DNA from: Clostridiales bacterium
GTDB taxonomy: Bacteria; Bacillota; DSM-16504; Desulfitibacterales; JAICDB01
Assembly (NCBI GenBank): GCA_020063565.1
Contig: JAICDB010000008.1
Coordinates: forward strand, 39,914 to 103,913
DNA length: 64,000 bases
Reading direction: 5' to 3'
The notes beneath the pieces are model-generated. The model made no database searches, had not been told where the DNA came from, and saw only the letters and a list, made by a program, of their open reading frames with translations. A program made the translations under genes and the position numbers. How positions within the stretch are numbered: position 1 is the stretch's first letter; each line of letters opens with the position of its first letter. Below, in pieces: positions 1 to 10,547 of this stretch.

Positions 1-191
1 TAGAACATAATAGTTTTTAAAAGAGTGTTCGAATTCGACCCGGCACTTAACCTAAAGTCATCTTATTGGTTAACTAAATACTTTCAAACAATGATGTTTA
101 GTAATGATTAACCTTTAAGTAAATTCCGGATTAAGTGCCGGGTGCGCGGACTTTTCGAAGATCTTCTTCAAGGTGGATTGGGGTGAACTTT

Positions 192-1583
192 ATGAACAAT
201 GAAGACGTTATTGCTGCTTTAGCGACACCGCTTGGCGAAGGTGGAATAGCTATCGTTAGAATGAGTGGTAATGATTCTGAAAAAATAATCACTAAGATAT
301 TTAAGCCTCGTAATAAAAAGCTTACTGAATTAAAATCACATGTACAATATTTGGGAAATATTATTAATCCGGAATCCAATCAAGTTGTAGATGAAGTATT
401 AGTAAGTATAATGAGAGCTCCCAGAAGTTTTACAGCAGAAGATGTAGTTGAAATATATACTCATGGTGGGGTAGTTGTGGCACGCAAAGTTTTAGAGTTG
501 TTAATCTCTTTAGGAGCACGGATAGCGGAGCCTGGAGAATTTACAAAAAGGGCTTTTTTAAATGGTAGGATAGATCTCTCTCAAGCTGAGTCTGTAATAG
601 ATGTAATTAGGGCGAAAACTGATAAAGGTTTGGGATTAGCGCTCAAACAGCTGCAAGGTGAACTCAGTAATAAAATTACTGAATTACGCAGTGTATTGTT
701 GGAAATACTGGCGCATATTGAAGCTGAAATAGATTTTCCTGATGAAGATATTGAAATGCTAAGTATTGATGATATCAGAGAGAAGTTGAAAAGTGTTCAT
801 GAAGAAGTTAAAAATTTAATTGCAGAATCTGATAGAGGTAAAATTTACAGGGAAGGAATAAATGTAGTCATTATTGGAAGGCCGAATGTGGGTAAGTCAA
901 GCCTCTTAAATGCTTTGCTTCGTGAAAAAAGGGCCATCGTAACTGATATACCCGGTACTACAAGGGATATTATTGAAGAATATATAAATATTGGCGGTAT
1001 TCCGGTTAAAATTGTTGATACTGCAGGAATCAGGGATACATTGGATGAAGTTGAAAAAATAGGTGTAGAAAAGTCTAAACAATCCCTGCAAGAAGCTGAC
1101 CTTATTTTATTTGTATTGGATGCATCTGAAGGGATAACAGAAGATGATCAGCAATTACTGACATATTTAAATGAAATGGCTAAACAAACCCTGATAATTA
1201 TTAATAAAGTAGATCTGGATAATGTTAAAATAGATAAAAATGATGTTGAAAAAATAAGCAATGTTGATAAGGTGTTAGAGATTTCCGCTAAAGAAAGAAC
1301 CGGGCTTGATTTGCTTGAGAAAACTGTTGAGGAAATGGTTTTCCAGGGTGAAGTTAATGCGCAGGAAAATATAATTGTAACCAGGGCTAGACATAGGCAG
1401 GCGTTTATTGAAGTTTTAAAAAGCATAGAAGAAGCATTACATACCTTAGATAGTGGCATGACGGGTGAATTTTTATCAATAGATGTAAAATCTGCATGGG
1501 AAAATCTCGGAAAAATAACTGGTGAAACTGTGGAAGAAGATGTTTTGGATAAAATTTTCTCTGAATTTTGTATTGGCAAGTAG
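192..1583 (+). CDS. mnmE: tRNA modification GTPase MnmE (TrmE)
   Basis: ORF 135..1583, with the likely ATG at 192 (MNNEDVIAALATP). It has GEGGIAIVRMSG, P-loop GRPNVGKSSLLN, DTAGIR, NKVD and the C-terminal CIGK. It is followed by mnmG-rsmG. Confidence 0.95.
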   Translation: MNNEDVIAALATPLGEGGIAIVRMSGNDSEKIITKIFKPRNKKLTELKSHVQYLGNIINPESNQVVDEVLVSIMRAPRSFTAEDVVEIYTHGGVVVARKVLELLISLGARIAEPGEFTKRAFLNGRIDLSQAESVIDVIRAKTDKGLGLALKQLQGELSNKITELRSVLLEILAHIEAEIDFPDEDIEMLSIDDIREKLKSVHEEVKNLIAESDRGKIYREGINVVIIGRPNVGKSSLLNALLREKRAIVTDIPGTTRDIIEEYINIGGIPVKIVDTAGIRDTLDEVEKIGVEKSKQSLQEADLILFVLDASEGITEDDQQLLTYLNEMAKQTLIIINKVDLDNVKIDKNDVEKISNVDKVLEISAKERTGLDLLEKTVEEMVFQGEVNAQENIIVTRARHRQAFIEVLKSIEEALHTLDSGMTGEFLSIDVKSAWENLGKITGETVEEDVLDKIFSEFCIGK

Positions 1584-1597
1584 GGGTGTGATATGAA

Positions 1598-3493
1598 GTG
1601 GTTTTCAATGCGGGAAGTTATGATGTTATAGTTATAGGCGCTGGACATGCAGGCTGTGAAGCTGCATTGGCAGCTGCGCGGATGGGCTGTAAAACTTTAG
1701 TATTAACATTAAGTATAGATAATATTGCTTTAATGCCGTGTAATCCTGCGGTTGGCGGCCCTGCCAAAGGTCATCTAGTAAGGGAAGTAGATGCTTTAGG
1801 TGGTCAAATTGCTATCAACACTGATAAGACATTTATCCAAATCAGAATGCTCAATACGGGAAAAGGGCCGGCTGTACGTGCCTTAAGGGCTCAGTCAGAT
1901 AAAAGCTTATACTCTACTAATATGATCATGACTTTGGAAAATCAGCAAAACCTACATGTAAAACAAGGTGAGGTCGTTGAAATAACTACTGATGATGATA
2001 AGGTTACAGGTGTTATAACCAAGACAGGCGCTAAGTATGATGCTCAGGCAGTTATAATTACTTCCGGCACATACTTACGCGGAAAAATTATTATAGGCAA
2101 TGTTCAATATAGTGGAGGACCCAACAATCAGTTTCATGCAGAAGGTCTTGATGATTCTTTAAGAAAGCTCGGATTTAAATTAGGAAGATTTAAGACAGGT
2201 ACACCTGCGAGGGTAGATTCTCGTACCATTGATTTTTCAAAGATGGAAGAACAACCAGGTGATGAAGGTCCCTTAAAATTTTCTTTCATGACTGAGGAAA
2301 ATATCAGGCCCCATTTACCTTGCTGGTTAACTTACACAAATGAAGAAACCCATAAAATTATCAGGGATAATCTTGATAGATCTCCTCTTTATGCCGGAAT
2401 AATTGAAGGTGTGGGACCGAGATATTGTCCTTCTATTGAAGATAAAGTAGTAAGATTTTCAGATAAACCCAGTCATCAAATTTTTTTGGAGCCTGAAGGT
2501 TTAAACACAATGGAATACTATGTTCAAGGGTTATCTACCAGTTTACCTGAAGATGTACAGATAAAGATGCTGCGTACTATCCCCGGTTTAGAAAATGCTG
2601 AAATTATGAGGCCAGGTTATGCCATTGAATATGATTACCTGGACCCAACACAGTTAAAACCTACTCTGGAAACAAAAATTATAGAAAACCTTTTTAGTGC
2701 AGGGCAGATTAACGGTACTTCAGGTTATGAGGAAGCTGCTGCTCAAGGTTTAATTGCCGGAATTAATGCAGTTCTCAAAATTAAGGGTGAGGAGCCTTTA
2801 ATTTTAAAGAGGTCTGATGCTTATATCGGTGTTTTAATTGATGATTTGGTTACCAAGGGCACTAATGAGCCATATAGAATGCTTACCTCCAGGGCAGAAT
2901 ATCGTTTAATATTAAGGCAGGATAATGCTGATTTAAGGCTTACTCCTTATGGCAGAAAAGTTGGCCTGGTTGATGATGTTAGATGGCAAAAGTTTCAAAA
3001 TAAAAGAGATCTAATTAAAAAAGAAATTAATTATTTAAAAGAACAAGCAGTGTCACCAGGCGATGAAAAGCTGAATGTTGTTTTACAAGAAAAAAATAGC
3101 AGCCCTTTGAAAAAGAAGCTTAGCATGTCAGAGTTGATTAAAAGACCAGAGATAGAATATGAAGATATTGAAAAAATTGTAGGCTTTCGAGATATACCTG
3201 ATGAAGTTAAGGAACAGATTGAAATACAATTAAAATATGAAGGATATATTAAGAAGCAAATTTCTCAGGTTGAACGCTTTGAAAAGCTGGAAAATAAAAA
3301 ATTAACTCCTGACCTGGATTACTTTAAAATAAAGGGGCTGAGAAAGGAAGCTCAGCAAAAATTATCAGAGCTTAACCCCATTTCGATTGGACAGGCTTCT
3401 CGAATTTCCGGCGTATCACCTGCAGACATTAATGTACTCCTAATTTATTTAGAACAAAAAAGGCGAAGTGAAAATGATGGTAGTAATGAGTAA
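1598..3493 (+). CDS. mnmG: tRNA uridine 5-carboxymethylaminomethyl modification enzyme MnmG (GidA)
   Basis: 631-aa ORF with a GTG start. The N-terminal FAD fold is [23 protein letters not shown]. Length and synteny with mnmE/rsmG fit. Confidence 0.95.
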   Translation: MVFNAGSYDVIVIGAGHAGCEAALAAARMGCKTLVLTLSIDNIALMPCNPAVGGPAKGHLVREVDALGGQIAINTDKTFIQIRMLNTGKGPAVRALRAQSDKSLYSTNMIMTLENQQNLHVKQGEVVEITTDDDKVTGVITKTGAKYDAQAVIITSGTYLRGKIIIGNVQYSGGPNNQFHAEGLDDSLRKLGFKLGRFKTGTPARVDSRTIDFSKMEEQPGDEGPLKFSFMTEENIRPHLPCWLTYTNEETHKIIRDNLDRSPLYAGIIEGVGPRYCPSIEDKVVRFSDKPSHQIFLEPEGLNTMEYYVQGLSTSLPEDVQIKMLRTIPGLENAEIMRPGYAIEYDYLDPTQLKPTLETKIIENLFSAGQINGTSGYEEAAAQGLIAGINAVLKIKGEEPLILKRSDAYIGVLIDDLVTKGTNEPYRMLTSRAEYRLILRQDNADLRLTPYGRKVGLVDDVRWQKFQNKRDLIKKEINYLKEQAVSPGDEKLNVVLQEKNSSPLKKKLSMSELIKRPEIEYEDIEKIVGFRDIPDEVKEQIEIQLKYEGYIKKQISQVERFEKLENKKLTPDLDYFKIKGLRKEAQQKLSELNPISIGQASRISGVSPADINVLLIYLEQKRRSENDGSNE

Positions 3494-4208
3494 CTTTAGA
3501 GATAAGCTTAAAGATGGCGTTGCACAGTACGGAATAGCGTTAGATGATGATAGGCTTTACAAATTTTATTTGTTTTATGAGCTGTTAACAGAATGGAATA
3601 AAAAGATTAATTTAACGACAATTGAAAGCGAAAATGATGTTATAATTAAGCATTTTCTGGATTCTCTGTTTCCCGTACTATTTGAAGATCCCGGTAATTG
3701 GGGAACAACTCTTGATTTAGGTACAGGGGCTGGTTTTCCTGGAATACCACTAAAAATTACTTATCAAAATCTAAATCTAACATTAGTCGATTCAACTAAA
3801 AAAAAGATAGATTTTTTGAATCATGTAATTAAAGAACTTAATTTGGAAAATATCACTGTAATTCATGGTAGAGCTGAAGAATTAGGAATTAATGCTAATT
3901 TTAGAGAAAAATTTTCTGTTGTTATTTCCAGAGCTGTTGCCCCGCTTAATACATTAAGTGAGTATTGTTTACCCTTTGTTAAAACTGGTGGAAAAATGAT
4001 TGCGTACAAATCACAGGATATAGAAAATGAAATTTCTGAGGCAGAAAATGCTATTCAAATTTTAGGTGGAAAAATAAAAAATGTTTCACGTGAAACAATT
4101 CCTTTATCAAATATTGGTAGGAGTATTATTATAATAAATAAGGTTACAAATACACCTGATAAATACCCTAGGAGAAACGGGGTTCCAAAGAAAAAGCCTT
4201 TAAAATAA
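3468..4208 (+). CDS. rsmG: 16S rRNA (guanine527-N7)-methyltransferase RsmG (GidB)
   Basis: The SAM-binding motif [16 protein letters not shown] is present and the position after mnmG fits. The start is ambiguous (3468 or ATG 3486). Confidence 0.9.
   Translation: MKMMVVMSNFRDKLKDGVAQYGIALDDDRLYKFYLFYELLTEWNKKINLTTIESENDVIIKHFLDSLFPVLFEDPGNWGTTLDLGTGAGFPGIPLKITYQNLNLTLVDSTKKKIDFLNHVIKELNLENITVIHGRAEELGINANFREKFSVVISRAVAPLNTLSEYCLPFVKTGGKMIAYKSQDIENEISEAENAIQILGGKIKNVSRETIPLSNIGRSIIIINKVTNTPDKYPRRNGVPKKKPLK
4082..4097. promoter_or_regulatory. parS centromere-like site (perfect 16-bp palindrome TGTTTCACGTGAAACA)
   Basis: Exact match to the Firmicute ParB/Spo0J parS consensus TGTTNCACGTGAAACA. 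It lies in the 3' end of rsmG (codons NVSRET). Confidence 0.85.
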
Positions 4209-4217
4209 AGGCTTTTT
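4193..4217 (+). terminator. rho-independent terminator after rsmG
   Basis: Stem AAAGCCTTT / AAAGGCTTT with a 5-nt loop, running into a T-run. It overlaps the rsmG stop. Confidence 0.6.
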
Positions 4218-4263
4218 ACTTACACCCATTGCATTATCAATCCCATTCGAGAGGATGATTCTT

Positions 4264-4899
4264 ATGTCGCTATCATTATCCATCTCTATTTTAAACCTTC
4301 CCGGGATGAAATTAAAGGGAATGAAACACGTTAACGAAAACAAAAATAATTAGTTCGTAAGAATCTCTGTCAGAGCAGATAAGCAGTATAGTGCTCGCTG
4401 TTCAAAATGTGGCTGTGTTGCTTCTGTTAACCGTTACGGCTTTCGAGAAGCTCGAGATACCGGAGCTTTTGGACAAGTAGTTTATCTTCACTTTGAACAA
4501 AGAGAAATCAATTGTCCTCATTGTGACATCAGGATAGAAAAACTAGACTTTATCAGTCCTGGTGCCAGAGAAACAAAATGTTTTGAAAAAAGCGTGGCGT
4601 TTCTTTGCCGGCATATGACAATCTCAGAAGTAGCTCAATACTTCAAGTTGTTCTGGAAAACTGTCAAGCGAATCGACAAAGACTATTTACTGCGGACCTT
4701 TGAGGAAATCAGCTTAGACGGCTTGCACGTTATCGGCTTTGATGAAGTTGCCAGAGCTATGTGGCATGACTATCTAACCTGTGTGTTTGATCTTAGAAAT
4801 AATCGCTTAATCCGAGCACTGAAAGGCGGCAAAGAAGTTTCAGTTGCTAAGTTCCACTTTGGATCTATTGCTTGTATCCCATCAATACATCCCGTTTAG
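4264..4899 (+). pseudogene. ISL3-family transposase remnant (in-frame TAG at 4351-4353, C-terminal DDE domain missing)
   Basis: A single reading frame gives MSLSLSISILNLPGMKLKG...(stop)...RCSKCGCV...INCPHCDIRIEKLDFISPGARETK...VKRIDKDYL...IGFDEVA...YLTCVFDL. That is the zinc-finger, HTH and start-of-DDE layout of ISL3 transposases. It covers only about 210 codons, whereas full-length enzymes have roughly twice that. Confidence 0.7.
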
Positions 4900-5088
4900 A
4901 TGCTAACAACGCCAATATAGTGTTGTTGAGAAGCCTTGACAAGGGTAAAGGCTTCGTTTTTTCCGCATTCGCTCTATAGCCTTGAAAAAAACCATTCGAA
5001 AGCTATGTAGTTATAAGGGTTGACTAGATATTATTTACATCTGCTACTGTAGTGAATTAGAGAAGCTCCAGATATTTTTTAAAATAAA

Positions 5089-5104
5089 TGTTTCACGTGA
5101 AACA
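5089..5104. promoter_or_regulatory. parS site (perfect TGTTTCACGTGAAACA)
   Basis: Second exact copy, about 110 bp upstream of soj. The flank AAAATAAA..ATG is shared with the 4082 copy. Confidence 0.85.
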
Positions 5105-5216
5105 TTTTATAATGTAAAATTAAATATAAATTTTGGAAGCTTTTTAAAAAATGAAGGATAAAGAATTAGAAGTGTTGAATATTGTCATATATGAATTTGT
5201 GAAGGGAGGTAAGAGT

Positions 5217-5978
5217 ATGGCGAAAATACTCTCTGTAGCTAACCAAAAAGGTGGGGTAGCAAAAACTACAACAGCTGTTAATCTGGGAGCTTGTTTAAGT
5301 AATTTTGGTGAAAAAGTTTTAGTAGTAGATATTGACCCCCAGGGTAATGCTACTAGTGGCTTGGGAATCGAACGATTAACACTTACAAACTGCATATATG
5401 ATGTATTAGTTAACAATGTTCCAGTTGTAAATGTTATAAAAAGTACTGAGATTGAAAATTTAGATTTGGTTCCTGCTACTATTCAACTTGCAGGAGCAGA
5501 AATTGAACTTGTTTCCTCTATGTCCAGGGAAAAAAAATTAAAAAAAGCACTAAAGACTATTGTTAATTCGTATGATTACATATTAGTAGATTGTCCACCA
5601 TCTCTAGGTTTATTAACATTAAATGCTTTAACTGCCTCCGATGGAGTTCTTATCCCTATCCAATGTGAATATTATGCCCTTGAAGGTTTAGGTCAGTTAA
5701 TGAATACCATTCAGCTTGTACAAAAACACCTCAATAAAAACCTTGAAATTGAAGGTGTATTGCTTACTATGTTTGATGCTAGAACAAATCTATCTATTCA
5801 AGTTGTAGATGAAGTTAAAAACTATTTTAAAAATAAAGTTTATAAAACGATAATTCCCAGAAATGTAAGACTAAGTGAGGCGCCAAGTCATGGTAAACCT
5901 ATCATATACTATGATCCAAGATCAAAAGGAGCTCAAGTATATGAGGAATTTGCGAAGGAAGTGATGAATAATGGCTAA
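5217..5978 (+). CDS. soj: chromosome partitioning ATPase Soj/ParA
   Basis: ORF 5151..5978, with the likely ATG at 5217 after the RBS GGGAGG. It has the deviant Walker A KGGVAKTTTAVNLG and a typical ParA length. Confidence 0.93.
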   Translation: MAKILSVANQKGGVAKTTTAVNLGACLSNFGEKVLVVDIDPQGNATSGLGIERLTLTNCIYDVLVNNVPVVNVIKSTEIENLDLVPATIQLAGAEIELVSSMSREKKLKKALKTIVNSYDYILVDCPPSLGLLTLNALTASDGVLIPIQCEYYALEGLGQLMNTIQLVQKHLNKNLEIEGVLLTMFDARTNLSIQVVDEVKNYFKNKVYKTIIPRNVRLSEAPSHGKPIIYYDPRSKGAQVYEEFAKEVMNNG

Positions 5979-6852
5979 AAAAGGGTTAGGAAAAGGCTTG
6001 CAGGCGCTTATCCCCCCTGTTTCTAATTTAGATAATAACGAAGGTGAAGTGCAATCTATTCCTATAGATAAAATAAAACCCAATTATTTTCAGCCTAGAA
6101 AAAATTTTGATGAAGAAAAACTTCAAGAACTGGCTGATTCCATAAATGAACATGGAGTTGTGCAGCCTATTGTTGTTAGATCATATGGGGAAGATCAATA
6201 TGAAATTGTAGCTGGTGAAAGAAGATGGCGTGCATGTCGTTTATTAAATATGGAAACCATCCCAGCTATTGTGAGAGATTTTAATGATCGACAGGTTACT
6301 GAAATAGCATTAATTGAAAATGTGCAAAGGGAAGATCTAAATCCTATAGAAGAAGCATGGGCATATAAAACTTTATTAGATGAATTTAACTTAACTCAAA
6401 ATGAATTATCAAATAGAGTTGGTAAAAGCAGATCTTTTATAGCAAATATGATGCGCCTTCTCAATTTACCAGTTGAAATTCAAGAATGTTTATCCAGTGG
6501 TCAACTAAGCATTGGCCATGCTAGAGCACTTTTACCTTTAGAAAATATAGATAAACAAATTGAATTAGCTAAAAAAATTATAGAAAATGAACTTACAGTT
6601 AGAGAAGTAGAAAAAATAGTAAAAGATTTGTTAAGTGAGAAAGACAAAGATAGAAAGAAAGAAAAAGAAGTTGATAAAGAGTACATAAACCCCATGAACA
6701 AAATTTTTGAAGATAAATTACAAGAGTTACTTGGTACTAAAGTTAAATTTAAACAAAAAAATAAAGATAGTGGTAAAATTGAAATTGAATATTACACAAG
6801 TGAAGACCTTGAAAGAATTATTGAAATCCTTGTGGGAAATGAAGAATTATAG
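5971..6852 (+). CDS. spo0J: chromosome partitioning protein Spo0J/ParB
   Basis: It overlaps the soj stop. ParB box IVAGERRWRA, an HTH region and a C-terminal dimerisation tail are present. Confidence 0.93.
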   Translation: MAKKGLGKGLQALIPPVSNLDNNEGEVQSIPIDKIKPNYFQPRKNFDEEKLQELADSINEHGVVQPIVVRSYGEDQYEIVAGERRWRACRLLNMETIPAIVRDFNDRQVTEIALIENVQREDLNPIEEAWAYKTLLDEFNLTQNELSNRVGKSRSFIANMMRLLNLPVEIQECLSSGQLSIGHARALLPLENIDKQIELAKKIIENELTVREVEKIVKDLLSEKDKDRKKEKEVDKEYINPMNKIFEDKLQELLGTKVKFKQKNKDSGKIEIEYYTSEDLERIIEILVGNEEL

Positions 6853-7333
6853 TGACCCTATAAAAGTAGAAACTAATAAGTTAATGCGTTTTTTAATAAT
6901 GGTTCCTGTATTCAGCAGGAACTATATTATTTTAAGTGAAACATTATAAAATGCTGAATAAATAATTGTGAAAAATTAATAACTAAAGGAAATATATTTT
7001 TATAGTCGAATGAAATTTATAATTACAAAAAGGGATTAAAAATAAAAACTGAACCATAGTTTTATTTAACGAATGAAAATGACGCCAAAAGTAGCACTAC
7101 ATGCTAGTTACAGGGCACTCCAAGTTTCTTCTTGAGAAATCGATGTAAAACTTACGCTATTAGGGCGAAGTCGAAAAGTTTATCAAACTACGCTGTAAAG
7201 CCCCGGTTTTTAGCCCGATTTTTATATAAGTGCAACAAACATACTTTCGATATATAACTTAAAGTTGTATAATAGTGATATGGAATATAAATCCAACAAA
7301 TTATACTTAGAAGATTTGAAGGAGAGAAAAGAT

Positions 7334-8047
7334 ATGATAGGAACTTGGGTTAATGTTATGGCAATCATTTGTGGATCTTTACTAGGTATTGTTTTAAAAA
7401 AAGGTCTACCAGATAAAATTAAGGAGATTACAATGCAAGCTATCGGACTGGGAGTTGTACTGGTTGGCTTAAAAATGGCCTTTGTAAGTGAAAACCTAGT
7501 AATAGTTCTCTTGAGTATGGCCTTTGGTGCGGCGGTGGGGGAATGGATGAATATTGAAGGTTTTTTAGAAAAAGTAGGAAAGTTGCTTGAAGATAAGCTA
7601 AGTGCCCTTGGTAACGGGAAAAGTTCAATTGCCAGGGGATTTGTAGCTGCCACCCTCTTATACTGCGTTGGGGCAATGGCAATTACAGGCGCCCTCCAAA
7701 GCGGTTTAACCGGAGACCATAGTACTTTATACGCCAAATCTGTACTTGATGGAATTACTGCAATCATCCTTACTACTACACTGGGAATAGGAGTTATTTT
7801 TTCCTCACTTGCAGTACTTTTTTACCAGGGTACAATAACATTACTTGCAGGAATAATGCAAAACATAATATCTGATGTCGTAATTACCGAAGTAACTGCA
7901 ACCGGTGGATTGTTAATACTGGCAATAGGTTTGGGATTACTTGAAATTAAGAAAATAAAAGTGGGCAATTTACTGCCAGCGCTTTTATTTGTAGTTATAC
8001 TTGCAGAAATTGCCCAAAAATTAAACGAATTAATTTCTATTTTTTAA
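7334..8047 (+). CDS. DUF554-family membrane protein (YdfK/YqgA-like)
   Basis: ORF 7265..8047, with the likely ATG at 7334 after the RBS GGAGAG. It is polytopic and hydrophobic, beginning MIGTWVNVMAIICGSLLG. Confidence 0.65.
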   Translation: MIGTWVNVMAIICGSLLGIVLKKGLPDKIKEITMQAIGLGVVLVGLKMAFVSENLVIVLLSMAFGAAVGEWMNIEGFLEKVGKLLEDKLSALGNGKSSIARGFVAATLLYCVGAMAITGALQSGLTGDHSTLYAKSVLDGITAIILTTTLGIGVIFSSLAVLFYQGTITLLAGIMQNIISDVVITEVTATGGLLILAIGLGLLEIKKIKVGNLLPALLFVVILAEIAQKLNELISIF

Positions 8048-8843
8048 ATACTTCATTGAGGCTGCCTTGACGGTAACCTGATAAATCCAGAGTAACATAA
8101 TTAAAGCCTATTTTTTGAAGTTCTGATATGACGTTATCACGAACACTTGGATCTAAAATCTTATTCCACTCATCAGGAGGTATTTCAATCCGTGCAATTG
8201 TATCATGATGTCTAACTCTAGGATTGGATATTCCATAAGCAAATAAAATGTCTTCTGCTTTTTCCACCTCAGTCAGTTTTTGAGATGTAATCTCGGTTCC
8301 ATAAGGAATACGGCTAGCAAGACATGCCAAGGATGGCTTTTGCCAGGTGGGTAATCCAAATTCCTGTGATAATAACCTAATTTCTTTTTTAGTTAAGCCA
8401 ACATCATGTAAAGGACTTTTAAAATTTAATTCTTTTATTGCCTTAAGACCGGGGCGGTAATCAGAAATATCATCAGCATTGGAGCCTTCAAGCATATGCT
8501 GGATATTTCGTGATTCTGCCTCTTTTTTTAATAAAGAAAAAATTGTATGTTTGCAAAAATAACATCTTTCTGCAGAATTATTTGCTACGTCAGAATTACT
8601 TAGTACGTCAATTTCAATGGTTTTTAGGTGCACACCCAGTTTTTGGGCAAGAGATTGAGCATCATTATACTCTTTTTCTGGAATAAACTGAGATTTAACA
8701 GTTATCGGTAAAACATTTTCAGAAGATAAACTCTGGAGGCAACTGTATAACAGGAATGTGCTGTCCACTCCACCTGAAAAAGCAACCAACACGGATCTCA
8801 TATCTTTTAGATTATTTAGTAGACTTTTGTATTTCTTATACAA
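8037..8843 (-). CDS. PP-loop ATP-utilising enzyme, LarE-like (TIGR00268 type)
   Basis: It has the PP-loop VAFSGGVDST, CYFCK, RPG and SLACLASR motifs in 268 aa. Confidence 0.7.
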   Translation of the reverse strand: MYKKYKSLLNNLKDMRSVLVAFSGGVDSTFLLYSCLQSLSSENVLPITVKSQFIPEKEYNDAQSLAQKLGVHLKTIEIDVLSNSDVANNSAERCYFCKHTIFSLLKKEAESRNIQHMLEGSNADDISDYRPGLKAIKELNFKSPLHDVGLTKKEIRLLSQEFGLPTWQKPSLACLASRIPYGTEITSQKLTEVEKAEDILFAYGISNPRVRHHDTIARIEIPPDEWNKILDPSVRDNVISELQKIGFNYVTLDLSGYRQGSLNEVFKK

Positions 8844-9013
8844 GAAGATTCCCTCCCTTTTATAACTAATTCTATAGTATTACTGCTTATTGGTCAATTA
8901 CATTAAAAAAAATTTTTAAAGAGGAAATCTGGAAAAAGTGTTGAATATAAATAAGTGGGACTTTATCGCTTTTATTGGTAACTTTTTGTGCAAGTAATAA
9001 GGAGAATAGAGTT

Positions 9014-9517
9014 ATGAACATTGCAGAAGTAAGAGCTGTAATAGAAAATTACAACGTAGAACTAGTTCTTGGATTAATAATATTGAACTTGCTATTTTTA
9101 ATAGTTTTAAGTGTACAGGCTGTAAAAAATAAAAGGATGCGTGATAATTACCTTCAATTTATGAAAAATGCAGAAGGCCAATCCTTAGAAGAAAAAATAA
9201 AAAAATTAATTATAGAAGCTGAAAGCAACTCTGTAGCACTTTCTGAAATACAAAAAGAGCTTGATAAATTTAAAAATGCTATGAAACAAAATTTGCAAAG
9301 GGTTGGAGTAGTTAGATACAATGCCTTTTCCGATATGGGCAGTGATCTAAGTTATGCAGTTGCAATTTTAAATGAACATGGAAACGGTGTAGTTATGAGC
9401 AGCGTGTACGGTAGAGAAGATTTTAGAGCATATGCAAAAGCCGTGGAAAATGGTACATCTCAATATAGACTTAGTGAAGAAGAAAAGAAAGCAATAGCTC
9501 TTGCTATGGGAAAATAG
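9014..9517 (+). CDS. DUF4446-family protein
   Basis: ORF 8975..9517, with the likely ATG at 9014 after the RBS AAGGAG. It has an N-terminal TM segment, a coiled coil and the conserved core RYNAFSDMGSDLSYAVAILNEHGNGVV. This family is commonly found near parB in Firmicutes. Confidence 0.7.
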   Translation: MNIAEVRAVIENYNVELVLGLIILNLLFLIVLSVQAVKNKRMRDNYLQFMKNAEGQSLEEKIKKLIIEAESNSVALSEIQKELDKFKNAMKQNLQRVGVVRYNAFSDMGSDLSYAVAILNEHGNGVVMSSVYGREDFRAYAKAVENGTSQYRLSEEEKKAIALAMGK

Positions 9518-9525
9518 GTGGTGAT

Positions 9526-10536
9526 GTGGTGGCTAGAAAAAAAACTTCAAGGATTAAAAAAAGAAGACATTTTACCCTCATGTATGTCCCCCATACTCAA
9601 AAATCCCTATCAAGATTTAAGGTACCTATCTGGACCGTATATTTTTTAATATTTTTAATGCTCGCCTTCACAGGAACACTGGCTTATTATGCTAATGACT
9701 ATATCAAGACATTAAAGGAACTAGAAAGATTAGAAAATGTAGATGCGATCAATAAAGTTCAGTCTGAGAAAATTGAAAAACTTCTTGAAAAAACTCAAGC
9801 AATGGAACAGAAGATGAAAAAATTAAATGAACTAGATTTACAAGTTAGAAAAATGGTTGGCTTAGAACCTGAAAATGAAGAAAAAAAGAATCTAGATGAT
9901 GAAGCCTATTTAAATGAAGAATATCAATATGAAAGGGACAAGTTTGTAACACTGGCGCTAAATGATTCTGAAACACTATCCAGAGGCGGCGGAAGTAGAG
10001 ATTTTCGTTTCGATACATATAACGGGCTGCAAATATTAGATTCAATTGATAAGCAGTTATCAGAACTGCATTCTGAGGCAAATAATGAAAAGGAAAAACT
10101 TACTGAATTAAAAAAAAATGTTGAGGAACGCCTTAAATTTTTGGCTGCTAAACCTAACCGTTGGCCAGTGCGTGGTAGTATAACCTCTAACTTTGGTTAC
10201 CGTAAAAATCCCTTTGGAGGAAGATCAAGAGAATTTCACGATGGACTGGATATAGCTGCACCACATGGGACACCTGTAAGGGCAGCGGGAGACGGAAAAG
10301 TAATATTTGCAGGATATAGATATGGTTATGGGCTGATGGTATCAATTTCCCATGGGTACGGTTATATATCACATTATGGTCACAATTCTCGTATAACGGT
10401 TCGTGTCGGTGAAAGGGTCAAAAAAGGAGAAATCATAGCAAGAATAGGTAGCACGGGAAGGTCTACTGGTCCCCATGTTCACTTCATGATTGATAAGAAC
10501 GGCAGGAGGATCAATCCATTAAAGGTTTTAGAATAA
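9526..10536 (+). CDS. M23 family metallopeptidase (membrane-anchored, coiled-coil)
   Basis: It has an N-terminal TM segment and a C-terminal LytM domain with the motifs HDGLDIAAPHGTPV and GPHVHF. Confidence 0.85.
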   Translation: MVARKKTSRIKKRRHFTLMYVPHTQKSLSRFKVPIWTVYFLIFLMLAFTGTLAYYANDYIKTLKELERLENVDAINKVQSEKIEKLLEKTQAMEQKMKKLNELDLQVRKMVGLEPENEEKKNLDDEAYLNEEYQYERDKFVTLALNDSETLSRGGGSRDFRFDTYNGLQILDSIDKQLSELHSEANNEKEKLTELKKNVEERLKFLAAKPNRWPVRGSITSNFGYRKNPFGGRSREFHDGLDIAAPHGTPVRAAGDGKVIFAGYRYGYGLMVSISHGYGYISHYGHNSRITVRVGERVKKGEIIARIGSTGRSTGPHVHFMIDKNGRRINPLKVLE

Positions 10537-10547
10537 ACAAAGAAAGG

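Noticed and set aside
4594-4899. 101-aa ORF presented as an intact gene
   Set aside because: It is the in-frame continuation of the ISL3 transposase remnant that starts at 4264 and is interrupted by a TAG. It is annotated as part of the pseudogene, not as a functional CDS.
6707-6949. 80-aa plus-strand ORF overlapping the spo0J 3' end
   Set aside because: It is an out-of-frame overlap with spo0J, of low complexity (K/L/N-rich), with no RBS.
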